Source: Octopus sinensis (lineage: Eukaryota). From it: 64,000 nt of DNA. Shown here one piece after another: positions 1-12,140 of the stretch. The notes under the pieces were generated by a model. The model ran no database searches and was not told the DNA's origin. It saw nothing but the letters and a program-made list of their open reading frames with translations. The position numbers and the translations under genes are program-made. Where the stretch lies: the NCBI RefSeq assembly GCF_006345805.1, contig NC_043000.1:106330001-106394000 (forward strand), written 5' to 3'. Within the stretch, counting starts at the first letter, position 1. Each line of letters begins with the position of its first letter.

Positions 1-1440
1 TGCTGCTGTTGAATATACTCGTTCGAATGGGATTGAACTCATAACTCTGCCACCCCATTGCATTCATAAGCCGTCACACAAAGCATTCTTCAAACCCTTG
101 AAAAGTGCATATAAGGCATCAGCAGACACTTGGATGGTTGTCAATCAAGGTAAACGGATCAGTTTCTATGACATTTCCGAAATTTTTGCAGTTGCTTATA
201 ACAAAACAACTACGGAGAAAAAATCGGTGAATGGTTTCAGGGTTTGTGAGCTTTGACCATTCAATGACAGCATCTTCTCTGGTTATGATTTCATTGCAGC
301 GACACTGATTGATGAGTCAGAACCACAACAAGAAGATGCTGTGCAGCAACCCCAACGGGCTTTATCACTGAGACAACAAAAATCTGTCATCCAGGAAGAA
401 AAAGACTAGGGCAAACAGAAGAAGTCATTACTGGAGACACTCAGCAAACAAATCCTATTAATGCTCCATCAACGTCAGCTGGTGGATCAAACTCACAAAC
501 ACCAGACATTGTGTCTGTCAAAATTGTGCTGTCAGAGCTGTCTTCACCCGTGAAGTCTGTAACAAAGCGCACACGTAGGCATAAAACAGAAAGTGCTGAG
601 GTCTTAACATCTTCGGGGAAAAAGAACAAAAAGAACCCGGAGAAAGGTAAAAAGAGAAAAAAAAACTGGGATTAATCAAGCAACAAAGAAACAAAAAAAG
701 TTCAAATCGGAGTAATGTTGCTGGTGAAAATTCAGACGATGAGAAATGGTCATGCCTAGTTTTTGAAGAGTCATTTTGTAACAGTAGACCAAGGGAAATG
801 TGAATCCAGTGTGTGTCATGGCGACTGTGGGCCCACGAGAAATGCACACCTGGAGAACACAATTATACGTATTAGAACTGTGATTCAGATGAAGAAGAAG
901 GCTAGGGATTCATTGGAAATAATACTTTCTTCAGTTCTTCAAAGCATTTTCTTACAACATTTAGAAATCAAACAGCTTTATCTCACTCACTGACTTAGTA
1001 GATCTGATTAAAATGCCTAACAAACATCAAATCCTTGTTTTAAATAGTGATAGATTGAGTATCCATAGTCTCCATGGTGACCGTAGGCTTAGACCAGATG
1101 GTATTTCTCTGAAATTTCTTTCCTACTCCTGTATCTGCTTACTCTATAGGAAAAGCTTGACACCACGTAATGTCTGTATGGATAATTTACTGTAACTTTG
1201 ACTCGTGGGGTAAAACGACCCCTATAGACCTTTTGCCCCGACAACGGGGTAAGAAGCCCATTCATTGATTTTTTTTTCTTTAATTTTTTGTTCCGCCAGA
1301 GAAGTTCCACCATCAAAACTACCTGTTTTAAATTAGGCACGACTTTCTACATACGTTCCAATGAAAAGTTATGTTTGATACGTGTTTCAAGACGGTTATA
1401 AGACATTTTCCTTAAGGGTTGGGGTTACCCCAGTCTACCC
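1..1440 (+). mobile_element. Decayed pogo-family (DDE_1) DNA transposon, 3' part, with C-terminal PHD-like finger and right terminus
   Basis: Frame from base 2 reads AAVEYTRSNGIELITLPPHCIHKPSHKAFFKPLKSAYK...GFRVCEL*PFN, resembling the pogo LPPHxxHxxQPLDxxxFxPLK region, with stops. About 745-900 gives a broken CLV..E.F..SRP.E.xIQC..W.LWAHEKCT..NCDSD PHD-like remnant. Ends ...TTACCCCAGTCTACCC at 1440 followed by TA; GGGGTAA subterminal motifs near 1207 and 1246. Confidence 0.75.
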
Positions 1441-1870
1441 TAAGGGTACTGCTCTTGTATTTATTGCTTCAATAACATTTTTTGAATTCAGCTTTGACTG
1501 CAATAATTTTCTCACTCTCCTTGTAATATTCTTTACTGGTAATTTGTTTCATTTCTTCATGTCTTATTTCATCTGCTTCCATTATTCCCAAATACTTATA
1601 CCATTGTCCTTTCTCAACCGCTTTCATTGTTTGCCCATTTGGCATTTCAATTCCTTAGCTTCCTACAAATCTTCCTCGTCTCATTTTCAACATAGCGCAC
1701 TTTTCGATCCCAAATTCTATACCGACATCATTTGAGAAACTGCAAACAGTACGTATAAGAATTTCAAGCTGTTTTTCATTTTCTGCATTAATGTTTATAC
1801 CTCCCATAAAAAGGAAATGAGTTATCTGAGCATATCCTTTTCTCGAAGCTTAGATCAGAAATTTTGAAAA
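1441..1870 (-). mobile_element. R4/Dong-clade non-LTR retrotransposon RT fragment (decayed)
   Basis: Minus strand translates, with disruptions, to HFLFMGG..AENEKQLEILIRTVCSFSNDVGIEFGIEKCAMLKMRRG...GIEMPNG...YKYLGIMEADEIRHEEMK...KEYY...AINTRAVP, matching the R4/Dong HLLFMDDLKL...FSxDIGMEFGxxKC...YKYLGILE...AINTWAV pattern. Confidence 0.75.
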
Positions 1871-2083
1871 TTAAAGGTGTCTATTTACTTCCTGCATGTC
1901 TGTGTATATATCGTCTGTAAAACATGAAGCCGAAAGAAGCGCAATCTAAAATATAGAGCAATACATATTAAAAATGGGGAAGACGGTTTTATGGGATTAC
2001 CTTAGGTTTCTCGTCCATAAAGGATTTAGGTTTATGGCGTATCGTCAGATCCTAAAACTTGTTAGACCAAGACCTCTTAGAGA

Positions 2084-2117
<34 letters not shown>

Positions 2118-2318
2118 TGTGGGTGTGTGTGTGTGTGCGTCCGTGTGTTCACGTCAGACTGTTTTTGTTTGCTTGTTTACTTTTAACGCAGTTTTCTCCT
2201 TTTTATCAGATTTGACAACCAAGACTTCGACTATACTTGAAAAGGTTTCGTTTCTTCGCTGATGATCTACGACTTTCCAGAGCTACATTTAAATTGCTAA
2301 TCCATTTTACTGTATAAA

Positions 2319-2320
<2 letters not shown>

Positions 2321-2380
<60 letters not shown>
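2321..2380 (+). repeat. (TCTA)15 microsatellite
   Basis: Directly read; lies between TATAAATA (2313-2320) and the ATG at 2404. Confidence 0.95.
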
Positions 2381-2381
<1 letters not shown>

Positions 2382-2403
2382 TACTTTCTATTTCTCTGGT
2401 CCC

Positions 2404-2780
2404 ATGGATGATACAGCATTTTTTACTTTCGAACCGAAACCTCTACAGACAATATGTATCGAATTTTTGGTGGGAAACTTGGACATATACCAATCTTTAC
2501 ATACATTACCTGTGACAGTAGCTCAAGAGATATTTATTGCTGCCGACCATAATAACCAATTTTCGATACCTTCGACAACGGTCTTCAAGAGATTGGAATT
2601 ATTTTCGTCGACTTTCACCAAGTATTTTGTCTCAAGCCTTTCCTTGCGTCATTCAAGTCATCTGATTAATTATTTGTCCAGTGAATTCACAGTATTTTCC
2701 GGAGTTACTTCACTCGATTTGAGTCACTGCAAACTTGGAGATCGCCATTCAATCCTGTCTCAGTTGAATTATTTTACTAA
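2404..2780 (+). CDS. LRRC42: LRRC42-like leucine-rich repeat protein, coding exon 1 (phase 2 end)
   Basis: MDDTAFFTFEPKPLQTICIEFLVGNLDIYQSLHTLPVTVAQEIFIAA...LDLSHCKLGDRHSIL resembles human LRRC42 AKSLFSLVLGFISDNVDHIDSLIGFPEQIAEKLFSAA...LDLSCCKLGDEHELL (recalled). Donor AA|GTGAGT at 2781. Confidence 0.85.
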
Positions 2781-3360
2781 GTGAGTATGTTACTCTGGGT
2801 ATCATATGTCTTCGATTATTATCATTGTTGCGCAAGTCCAACTAAACCATTTAACAATAAAAGTACGTGCTTAGGATTCCAAGGGGAGGCGTCACCTCAG
2901 AGTCTTTTTTTTCCCTAGTGCTAGATTTATCAAGGTGCAAAAAGTAAAATTATAGTAGTTTTATTTTTAAAAAAAACTTTTTTAAAAAAAAGGGTTGAAT
3001 ATTAGCATTTTTCCTATATAAGATATCGTATTGATGACATATAAGACACACAAAGCGTCTCAAAAAATCACCCTGCATCCTATATGCGAAGTTGCTTTAA
3101 ATATTACATGCTTTGATGCACAAAACCTTTTCTTTAAATTTGTCGCTGAAATTGGAATGCGATTAACATCCGTCTTCTATACCATCAAGTACGGTAAGTA
3201 AATATTCTTGTGGGTATGTAAAGAAAAGCGAGAATCAAACGACTTCTCCGTATGAACGATGTACGTAAAAACCAGTCACTACAAGTGATGTCAGTGGACT
3301 ATCAGACACTGGAGTTTCGATTTGATTTTGCCTCCTCAATGGTAAACATTATCCGGCGGA

Positions 3361-3590
3361 GACGCGTGGCTTAGTGGTTAGGATGTTGAACTCATGATCG
3401 TAAGATTGTAGTTTCGATTCCTGGACCGGGCGAGGCGTTGTGTTCTTGAGCAAAGCACTTCATTTCACGTTACTCCAGCTGGCAAAAATTAGTAATCCTG
3501 TGACGAACTGGTGTCCTATCCAGGTGAGGAATTTATACGCCATGGAAACCGGCCCTTATGAGTCGGTATGACTCGAGAAGGATACTGAAC
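3361..3590 (+). mobile_element. tRNA-derived SINE with CORE/V-domain-like body
   Basis: A-box-like GTGGCTTAGTGGTTAGG, B-box-like GTTTCGATTCC, then GTGTTCTTGAGCAAAGCACTT and TGACGAACTGGTGTCCTATCCAGGTG (V-SINE-like motif). Confidence 0.65.
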
Positions 3591-4119
3591 TTTGTTTTGA
3601 ATGTTACCCGGTCATTTGGAGCCAGGCGAAACACGTGTTTCTATCAACGGAAATCAGTAAGCAAAACATTTGTTGGTGCGGGCAAAGACTTACCAAACTG
3701 AAATGAAACAGCGATGTGCACTACCATTCTTAATACATTCTTCACACTCGAACTTGAACATGGCTTTTCGCTGTTGGATATATAAGTATACGTTTCCTTC
3801 TATTTTTTACTGATCTTTAGTTAGCACTAATATAGTTAGCACTGATGAAGTAGACCGATGATCAAAGATGCTCCACCTAAAGCAATTTCACCTTTTCTTT
3901 ATTTTTTGATAATGTATATCAAGAACATTATCCAATATATTCCCATTCCTTTTTTAATTACACACTCTGTAGCATGAAGATTTGATTATTTCTAATAAGT
4001 AAGGGTCATCTGGCGACAGTCACCTGTGAATATTCTTAAATCTGACATATCCTGTTCTTTTCCAAAGTGGTAAAATATGATTTTAGGGAGATTTGGTTGC
4101 TGTTTGTAACAGACTAAAC

Positions 4120-4792
4120 GGATTTAGTTTTTTCATTCGCAAAATATGCAGTAAAAATCTGAAAATTTGCTATAATAATATAGTTTTTTTTTTTTGTCTA
4201 ACTGCTACGAAGGTATGATGTTGTGGAGAAAAAAAATTGGAGGAAAAGGTTACAGTTTTTTAAAAATCGAAAAAACTGTATTTTCAGCCAATAGCGAGAG
4301 AGAAAGTCTCTGCGTTTAGCGGAGTAGTGTCAACTTTAAGGTTGTACCATGTGAAATTATACCTGTATCTTATATTCACCTTCACAATGCCAAGAAACTG
4401 TATAAACATCGCAAACAACTTTTGTTATATATGAAAAATTTGTAAAATATTAAGACGATTGACGAAAAATATCTATAATAAAATTCTAATTGATAAATAA
4501 AACAAAACACGAGGGTGAAGTAAATCTTGAGGTGCGAAGAATCAACACAACATGTGGATGAAACACAACACAACGTGCGGTTGTCGTGGTAATGCCTCGC
4601 TGTCTGTTGATTGGCTAAAATTGTCCAAATTTCCGAACTTTACTTCCAAATAACATCAGATTCTTTAATTTACGAAATCACGTAATTGGTTGGTCGTAAT
4701 CAAAATTGAGAGTTGCATCGATACACCAAAATTGAAAGCAATCTGAGCAAAATAAAAGGGGGTTCATTTTGCGAATGAAAAAGACTAGATCC
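4120..4792. mobile_element. Non-autonomous DNA transposon (MITE), about 26-bp terminal inverted repeats, 8-bp TSD
   Basis: Left end GGATTTAGTTTTTTCATTCGCAAAAT; reverse complement of right end GGATCTAGTCTTTTTCATTCGCAAAAT. Flanks GACTAAAC (4112-4119) and GACTAAAT (4793-4800). Confidence 0.8.
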
Positions 4793-5095
4793 GACTAAAT
4801 GACCATGTAGAGGTTTCCATGTAGGCGTGTGACAGAACGATGAATTGGCAAAAATCGTGATCGGGTTATAAAAAGCCTTACAGCATTTAGTTACGGTCGT
4901 CTGCTTCCTGAGTTGAATACTAGTGTAGATTTAATCTCCAGCTTTCCCTCCCAAACATCAATGAAACTCATCCCCGTTTGATGAATACCTTTGATCACTG
5001 AATTGGTTGCTAGATAAATTAATAGTTATAATTTATGTTGCATTTGTTTTTGTCTTTTGACATATTAACTTTTAACATATAGTGTTGTATTACAG

Positions 5096-5214
5096 CTTGA
5101 CATTGCTTGCTCTTCGTGATAATGGGCTGAGCCATCGAGGTATTGATCACATGACGATTTCTTTACGCCTTCTTAGAGGCGGACAAAGAAATTTACAATA
5201 TCTTGATATTTCCG
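5096..5214 (+). CDS. LRRC42: LRRC42-like coding exon 2 (119 bp)
   Basis: Acceptor gtattacag, donor G|GTAGGT. (N)LTLLALRDNGLSHRGIDHMTISLRLLRGGQRNLQYLDIS parallels human LHLKDNCLSDAGVRKMTAPVRVMKRGLENLTLLDLS. Phases 2 and 1 fit the neighbours. Confidence 0.9.
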
Positions 5215-5964
5215 GTAGGTATTTCTTTCGTTATAATCAAATTAACACATTTTATTTCTAGTAATCCGTAGGGCGGAGCATTGACAAAGACTGAAGAGCA
5301 CCAAATACAACGCTCTGTGTTATTAAGTTACGAACTTTTTAGCTATGATTTCAAACCCTGTCAAGATCAACTTTGCTTTCATTATTCCTGGGTCGATAAA
5401 ATAAAGTATCAGTCAAGTGTTGGGGGGTTGATATTTTTACAATGCACTAGCTGTAGTATTTTGTCTACTGGGAGGCAGGCTATCTCATTAACCCAGAATA
5501 GTAGTGGAAGCCTCTGATGAGAAACAAGGTCCCATTGGTCAAATTTTGAAATCACGTGATATGGTTTTGTCCAAATACTTCATTCTGTGAGTTTATCTCA
5601 CCAGGGAAACGTGTTTTGGTTTGCTCGCTCGCAATTCCTGTATATCTCATTAAGGTTAGTGATTTATGTGGCTGTTTGAGTTAAATTTTGACTCATTTCT
5701 AGCAATTGCCAGTGCTATTTTACACCTTCATTTATTAATTTTACCTTCTTGGTTTTAACTGCTAATGTGCCGTCTATATTATAATGTATTTAATACATCT
5801 TAATATATTAATTTATTATTATATCGTATTGTATTATATATATATATATCATATCATATCAGTCTATCGATGATTAAATTATAACAATAATTATAGTCCA
5901 TTGTTGTGCCATTCAAGACACATTATTTTTTACAAATATACAATGCTTCAAGCAAACAACAATA

Positions 5965-6011
<47 letters not shown>

Positions 6012-6069
6012 GTAGTATTTATAAAGCTCTATCGTTTTATCTGACTAAGTTTCATTCTTTATTTCACAG

Positions 6070-6158
6070 ACAATCAAGATTTAGATGCCTGTTGTTTAGA
6101 ATACTTAAAGGTTTTTTCAGAGCTCAAGTACTTAGATATATCAAATACAGCAATATCT
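6070..6158 (+). CDS. LRRC42: LRRC42-like coding exon 3 (89 bp)
   Basis: Acceptor ctttatttcacag, donor |GTAAGT. (D)NQDLDACCLEYLKVFSELKYLDISNTAIS parallels human NPEITDAGIGYLFSFRKLNCLDISGTGLK. Confidence 0.9.
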
Positions 6159-7019
6159 GTAAGTCTTTCTTGTATCTACTTAAGTGTGTGTGTGTGTTAA
6201 TGCGCACACATGCGCGCGCATGTATTTGAGAGAGAGTGAGAGTCAGTGAAAGAGAAAGAGGCAGATAGACAAAGGAAGAAAGGATGTATGTATGTGTGTA
6301 TGTCTGGTTACATTTGTGTCTGTTTGTGAGTTTCCTCATCATCATCATCATCTAATGCCTGGCTTCCATGCTGGCATGGGTTGGATGGTATAGCAGGATC
6401 TGATGTATCAGAGGATTGCATCATGCTCCACAGTCTAATTTGGCATGGTTTTTTATGGCTGGATGCCTTTTCCAACAACAACCATTTTACAAGGTGTGGT
6501 GTATTGAATGCTTTTTATGCGGTACCATTACTTGTAAAGATCACCTCATAAGGCTCTAAAGTGACCCCCAATAACTGAAGGAGAATTAAAGAGAGAAAAA
6601 ACAATGGTTCCCGATGGGAAATAAGGAAGATGAAAGGAACTGATTTACAATTGTGATAGGTTGTTGGAGGAGAGAGTAACAGAGTAAAAGAGTAAAGAGC
6701 CCCTTCGGTCAGGAATGACCATAGGATTGCACTTAGGAAGTTACCATCTGAGGCACAAGTTTGGGCAAGATTGTTTATGGAAGACCAGTAGTTACCCATG
6801 TATACCAGCCTCCCCTTTTCAGGCCACCAATGTTATCCAAGGGAAAGGCAAAGGTTGATACAGCTTAGTACATCATCATCATCATCATCATCGTTTAACG
6901 TCCGTTCTCCATGCTAGCATGGGTAGGACGGTTCGACCAGGGATCTGGGAAGCCAGAAGGCTGTACCAGGCTCCGGTCTTATATGGCAATGACATAACTC
7001 ATTTTTACAAAGCCTGTCG

Positions 7020-7305
7020 TGTATGTATGTATGTATATATGTAGGTAGGTAGGTAGGTATGCATGCATGCATGTATGTATGCATGCGTGTGTGTGTGTGT
7101 GTGTTTGTCCCACCACCACCATTGCTTCACACCAATGTTGGTGCATTTGCGACTCTGTAATTTAGCTGTTCAATAGAAGAGACTGATAGAATAAGCACCA
7201 GGCTTACAGGGAATAAGTCCAGGGGTTGATTTCTTCGACTAAAGGGTGGTGCTCTAGCATGGTCACCATCAAATGACTGAAACAAGTAAAAGAATAAAAG
7301 AATAC
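7020..7305 (+). mobile_element. Cephalopod SINE, 3' part with internal (GT)n
   Basis: Body TTTGTCCC..CACCATTGCTT..AAC..ATGTTGGTG..GAATAAG..AGGCTT..AATAAGTCC.GGGGTTGATT..GACTAA..AAATGACTGAAACAAG also recurs at about 36900-37080, 42120-42270 and 59440-59650. Confidence 0.7.
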
Positions 7306-7409
7306 CAGAAGAACGTTCCGTACCACTAAACCAAGAATGTTCTTTGAATATGTATGATCTATTTAACTATGGTTTAATAGTAATTCTGATTATGTTTATG
7401 TGAGATATT

Positions 7410-8010
7410 TTGGTTGGATGATATAGTTATAATGAAAATGTTGGGAAAATGTTCACCCATCCACCCCCACCCCCCATTTTCTCCCAAATTTGTTTATTTT
7501 TGTAATTTTTTTTTGCCAAAAATCCCTGTTTTCGGATACGGAGGTTCTGGAAAGTTGCCAAAAACCAGCATTGTGAAATTTTTTCCCCCTCCTTTCCCCA
7601 CCAACCTCTTCAATTTTGACTTTTTCCCCAACACTAACCCTAAAACCGTAACCGTATGTACAGAAATGTTTTGAAATTTTTTATCTGAATCATGATTTTT
7701 CCACATATTTAGAAACAAAAATTCTTTAAAAAAATTTGACAAAGGTTTTTGGAAATTTTTTTCAGAATCATAATCTCCGTATTTTTCCACATTTTTGACC
7801 AAAAAAATTGTGAAAAAAGTTAAAAATGAAGGAAATGGGGGTGGGTGGGGGTTATTTAGAAATGTCGATTTTTACCAATTTTTTTGCAGATTAGTATTCC
7901 CCATAGCCGAAAAGGTGAGGTTTGTGTCAAAAACAAAAATTTTTTTAAAGGGTGGTTTTTGGGGTGGGGACAGACGGAAGTCCTGCCAGATGTCGATTAA
8001 ACAATATCCT
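7410..8010. repeat. Unclassified interspersed element with T/A-run-rich body and C/G-run ends
   Basis: Compositionally distinct block with an internal imperfect direct repeat (GAAATTTTTT..CAGAATCAT..TTTTTCCACAT near 7672 and 7752) and a CCCTAAAACCGTAACC motif. Family not determined. Confidence 0.4.
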
Positions 8011-8425
8011 ATAATTTAATGAGCATGAGAGAAAGAGGGCTCACCATCTTGTACGTAATAACAAGGAAATAGAAATCCGCGAGACGTTTGTAATAAGTCA
8101 TCACATATTTATTGCTGGAGGTATTGGCAAGACTTCCTTTTGATATTCAATTCTAAGTTTATGACAGCTGGATGTAGAATTATTGTTGTGCTATATCTCT
8201 GGTGGTTTACTGCTGAAGATGATTGCAATAGTAATGCTGGATTGTAATGGTGGCAATGAGTTTTGATGTGAAGAAATAGCAGCCAAATCTCTCACATTAC
8301 ATGTTCCCATCTTTAAATAAAAAAAGAAGTCCATATTGAAGAATGTAGTTTCTGATATACAAGAACAGCAATAATGTCGTATTGAACTAATATATTTCAT
8401 TATTATTTCCCCACTTTCTTTGCAG

Positions 8426-8615
8426 AATAAAGATTCTGCTTTGAGAAAATTTCCTTTAAAGATATTTCTGTCATCAACAAAAGTGGATTATGAAGATATA
8501 AAAGAGGATATGTTTCGGATTGAAACCCTAGGCTGGGCAAGCCATGTCTTCAATTCTTGGTCAAAATGGTACAAAAATAAAACCAAACGATCTAAACATA
8601 GACAATATGCTCCCT
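8426..8615 (+). CDS. LRRC42: LRRC42-like coding exon 4 (190 bp, phase 1 end)
   Basis: Acceptor cactttctttgcag, donor T|GTAAGT. NKDSALRKFPLK...RIETLGWASHVFNSWSKW...QYAP contains the equivalent of human CKTEGWADQIVLQW. Confidence 0.85.
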
Positions 8616-10047
8616 GTAAGTCATTTGCATCATCCTACATTTTTATAGTTTATCTGTTTTAATAATACATGGTTACATCCTAATGCATGGTATCTTGTGC
8701 ATGTGTCTTTTTATCATAGCCTTGAACTAATCCAAATCTTGTGAGTGAAATTGAGTAGATTGAAACTCTGTGAACAGCATCTGTTCTTAGGTAGAGAGAG
8801 CTTTAAAACTTACCTGTCACCAGGTTTCCCACCACCACTAGCCTTTGAACACCTTCAGCAATCATTTGATTAAGGACTCCAGTTTAGGAACAACTCATTG
8901 TTTTGATATGCTACCTCCCACAACAGCTAAACATCAGCTGTGGTTTCCATTGCCCTTTTTTACACTGGTATCAGAGACCCTGCAACAGTCATGAGCAATG
9001 TCTTTTGTCTCTGACTAAATCATAAAAAAGTTTGAGGTTCCACTTTCTCGTGTGTAATCGATTACCTTGACCCCCAATAATTATTTTTAACAGGTTGTAC
9101 AAATTTTATTGACATTTTAAAGAGTGAAAGACAAAGTGAAGCTGAGTGGGGTTTGAATTCTGAATGGGAAGGGACACAACCATGTTGTACAGGTTATTTC
9201 CTGGTACACTTTTGATTCTGCTGTTCGCCTGCTGTTGGTGGCAAGCACTTTTCTAAATATTAAATATTTTACATGGGGCCTACTATATTTGCGTTAGTTT
9301 CTTGTGGAGACATGTGGTATAAAGATATACCTAAAATTGTATAAGATAATGCCTTCATGAAATTCATTCACTTGCAATAAATGGGAGCAGCTGAGGGCTA
9401 AATAGGCGAGGAGTGTAAAAGGAATTTGTAAAAAGGGTAGAAAAACAGCTTGAGGAACAAAAACAGAAGGTATGTAAAATATAAGAGCACCCTGCTCCAT
9501 GAGATAGCATGAAGTTCATTGTCTTGCAAGTGAGCAATATGTCTCTGTGATCCAAGTTGGGTTTTACACAATAGTTGAAGATGATGGTGGTGTATTGTGT
9601 GAAGAGGAAAATTTAGGGTTGATTTGCAAGTTACATGCAAAATTCGGGGTTTATTTACAAGGTACATGAAAAATTTGGCATTGATTTACAAGCTACATGC
9701 TAAATAAGAAAATGTGTGAAAACCACATCAATGATGTATCAGTAGGACCGAACCTAGAACTACATGACTGTAAAGCAAACTTTTTAATCAAGCAATCAGA
9801 TCGATAAGTGATTTCAAACTTTGGCACAAGGCCAGCAATTTTGGAGGAGGGGTAAGTCTACTTATTTTTATCAACTCTGAAAGGGTGAAAGGTAAAGTCC
9901 ACCTCAGCAGATTTTGACCTCAAAACATAAAGATGGAGGAAATACTGTTAAGCATTTGGCCTGGCATGCTAATGATTCTGCCAGATCACTGCCAACCAAA
10001 GCAATAATTAACTAGAAAAGCACTCGGAGAGTGCAGACCTCCGCCAA

Positions 10048-11168
10048 ACCAGCAGGAGCAGCACTATGACGACGACCACCACCACTACCACCATATCACA
10101 ATCACCGCCACAACTAACCTACCACTATCACCACTACCACAACCACCAACATCATCAGCAGCATTGTCATTGCTTCCACTTCAACCACATACACTGCCAT
10201 CAATGTTATCTTGATAGTTACCTTGACAGTCACTTTCACAACCACAACCAGTATAACCACTACAATACCACCATCACACAACTAACACTATCATCAGCAC
10301 CACTATTACCACCTTCACCTCAGCATCACACACCACACCACTCCTGTTGTCATTATAACCACCAATACTATTTTATCCTTCTCCCATACTTATCTCAACC
10401 ATCATCATCATCAACACTGTATCTGCTTTCACCACACTCACTGTCAAAACTACGATTACCACAATCAGTTTCTTTACACAGTTGAAAATCCATTATCTGA
10501 AACTGATGGGACCGAGATCGTTGCAGATTTTTGATTTTTCTAATTTCGGAGTGCTTTATTTTAAAAAAATTGCATCTACAAAACGGAACAGTTTGAGGAT
10601 AGAAACCAGGTCTAAACACAATAGCTTATAGACATACTCTGAATGTAGTTATATATAAATCTTAAAAAATTTTTTTTTTATATTTAAGACCATCAGAAAT
10701 GTTAAGATATTAGCCTCTACCCACGTTGTCATGCTTTGATTAAAACATTTCAACATAGATTAGATTACTTAGATAAGTTTCGGTCAAAGTTGACTCAGGT
10801 CATATCTGATTTAATAGCACCACCTGGAAGAGATACACAGTCAGCTCTGGGGAACCATAGCCCATTCAAGCAGAGGGTTATTGTTTTCAGAGACATATCT
10901 GGGTGCGGGTGGTTTATCTGGTATTTGTTGGGGGTGATCACCTAGGAATTGCTTGAATGCCGTGAAGTCACTTTCCTCCTTTATGTGTGTCTGGCACGAT
11001 GTTGAAAAGAGCAGGGGCAATTGAGGTGAAATAGTTCTGTTATAGTGTTGTGATATGACACGAACATTTCTGTAGTGGACGGATGGCATGGGGGCCAAGC
11101 CTTAGATGAATTTTAAAGATGGGCAATGTTGATGGAATATTTTCCACAAGGCTTGTCATGTCATCCTC
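10048..11168 (-). mobile_element. 5'-truncated CR1/L2-like LINE 3' end with long trinucleotide tail and 16-bp TSD
   Basis: ORF 10841-11098 (-) ends ...FTAFKQFLGDHPQQIPDKPPAPRYVSENNNPLLEW, like the FKxxLDxxLxxIPDxP..GY..NSLL terminus of this LINE group. TGCAGACCTCCGCCAA flanks it at 10032-10047 and 11169-11184. Degenerate (CAC/CAT/CAA)n at about 10050-10440. Confidence 0.75.
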
Positions 11169-11996
11169 TGCAGACCTCCGCCAAGCAGCTCATTTTAAGA
11201 TAGATATGTGAGTAAAATTACTAAAGGAGAAACGAAAATAAACTTTGGAAACAGCAATGCCACCATAGGTTACGTGCAAACGATGAACGTATTTTCAAGG
11301 GAGATAATCAAAGAACGTAACATTGTAATACTTCATGTAAAGTAAATATAACAAATGAAAAATCCTTCAACAATTCTTAAAAATTCCCGGATCACTACCA
11401 AAATTCCATCATCTGTTCCTTGTGTCATTAATAACTTTTCCTGCAAGTAATTACTGTAATTATTCATTATTGCATTTGTTTGTAGTGCACTAATTTTAGT
11501 GGTATAATTATATTCTTTAATTCTTTTGTCTGAATAACAAATAAAGAATGAGAATAAAACTCTGACTGGTTTTATTAGTATTAATTTAAACCCCCAGAGT
11601 TTTGCTTTTTCTTAATTTTCATTTGTCGTTCAAAAGATAATCATTGAAATCTCAAAACTATGAGATAATGCACGATTAATTACAAAACAATGTGAATAAA
11701 TAAGCATTACATTTGACAAACTAATCTGAATGCTAAAAGTCTTAGTATGGAATTGACCAGAAGGCTATTATCTAGGAACAGTTGTCCTAGATTGGTCACT
11801 TGGCACAGAAAAGCAAACATGATGATGATGATGATAATAACTACTGAGCTGCACTCAAACTGAAGGTGATTTTTCCTTTCTTCTCTCAGGTGCTTGATAA
11901 AATACAATACCAGATAAGTATTGATGTTCATTTAATCAACTATTCCAATCCCTCAAAATTTATGGCCTTAAGCTAATATTAGGGATCACTTTAATA

Positions 11997-12140
11997 TAAC
12001 AAGCTGGCAGAATCGTTAGCACACCAGGCAAAATGCTTAGCAGCATTTCATCCATTTTTATGCTCTGAGTTCAAATTCTGTCAAGGTCGACTTTACCTTT
12101 CTACCTTTAGGGGTCAATAAAATGAGAACCAGTTGAACAC
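11997..12140 (+). mobile_element. SINE with Meta-domain-like core
   Basis: GAGTTCAAATTCTGTCAAGGTCGACTTTACCTTTC..GGGGTCAATAAAATGAGAACCAG. Related copies at about 13900-14095 (+), 9840-9985 (-), 50150-50290 (-) and 58410-58600 (-). Confidence 0.65.

Noticed and set aside
3361-3430. tRNA-like A/B boxes here and at about 41990 and 55675
   Set aside because: No complete cloverleaf; they continue into SINE bodies.
5255-5280. GTAATCCG after LRRC42 exon 2, suggesting a Gly-Asn-Pro continuation
   Set aside because: The AG overlaps the needed base and a stop follows; the 6070-6158 exon fits the homologue.
9294-9667. Three overlapping hydrophobic ORFs on -, resembling a membrane anchor
   Set aside because: They are the antisense of a purine-rich + strand stretch that looks like a decayed LINE (WEQLRAK, KEFVKRVEKQLEE, CLCDP); no consistent splice sites.
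10066-10485. His/Thr/Gln-rich 139-aa ORF
   Set aside because: Triplet microsatellite tail of a LINE.
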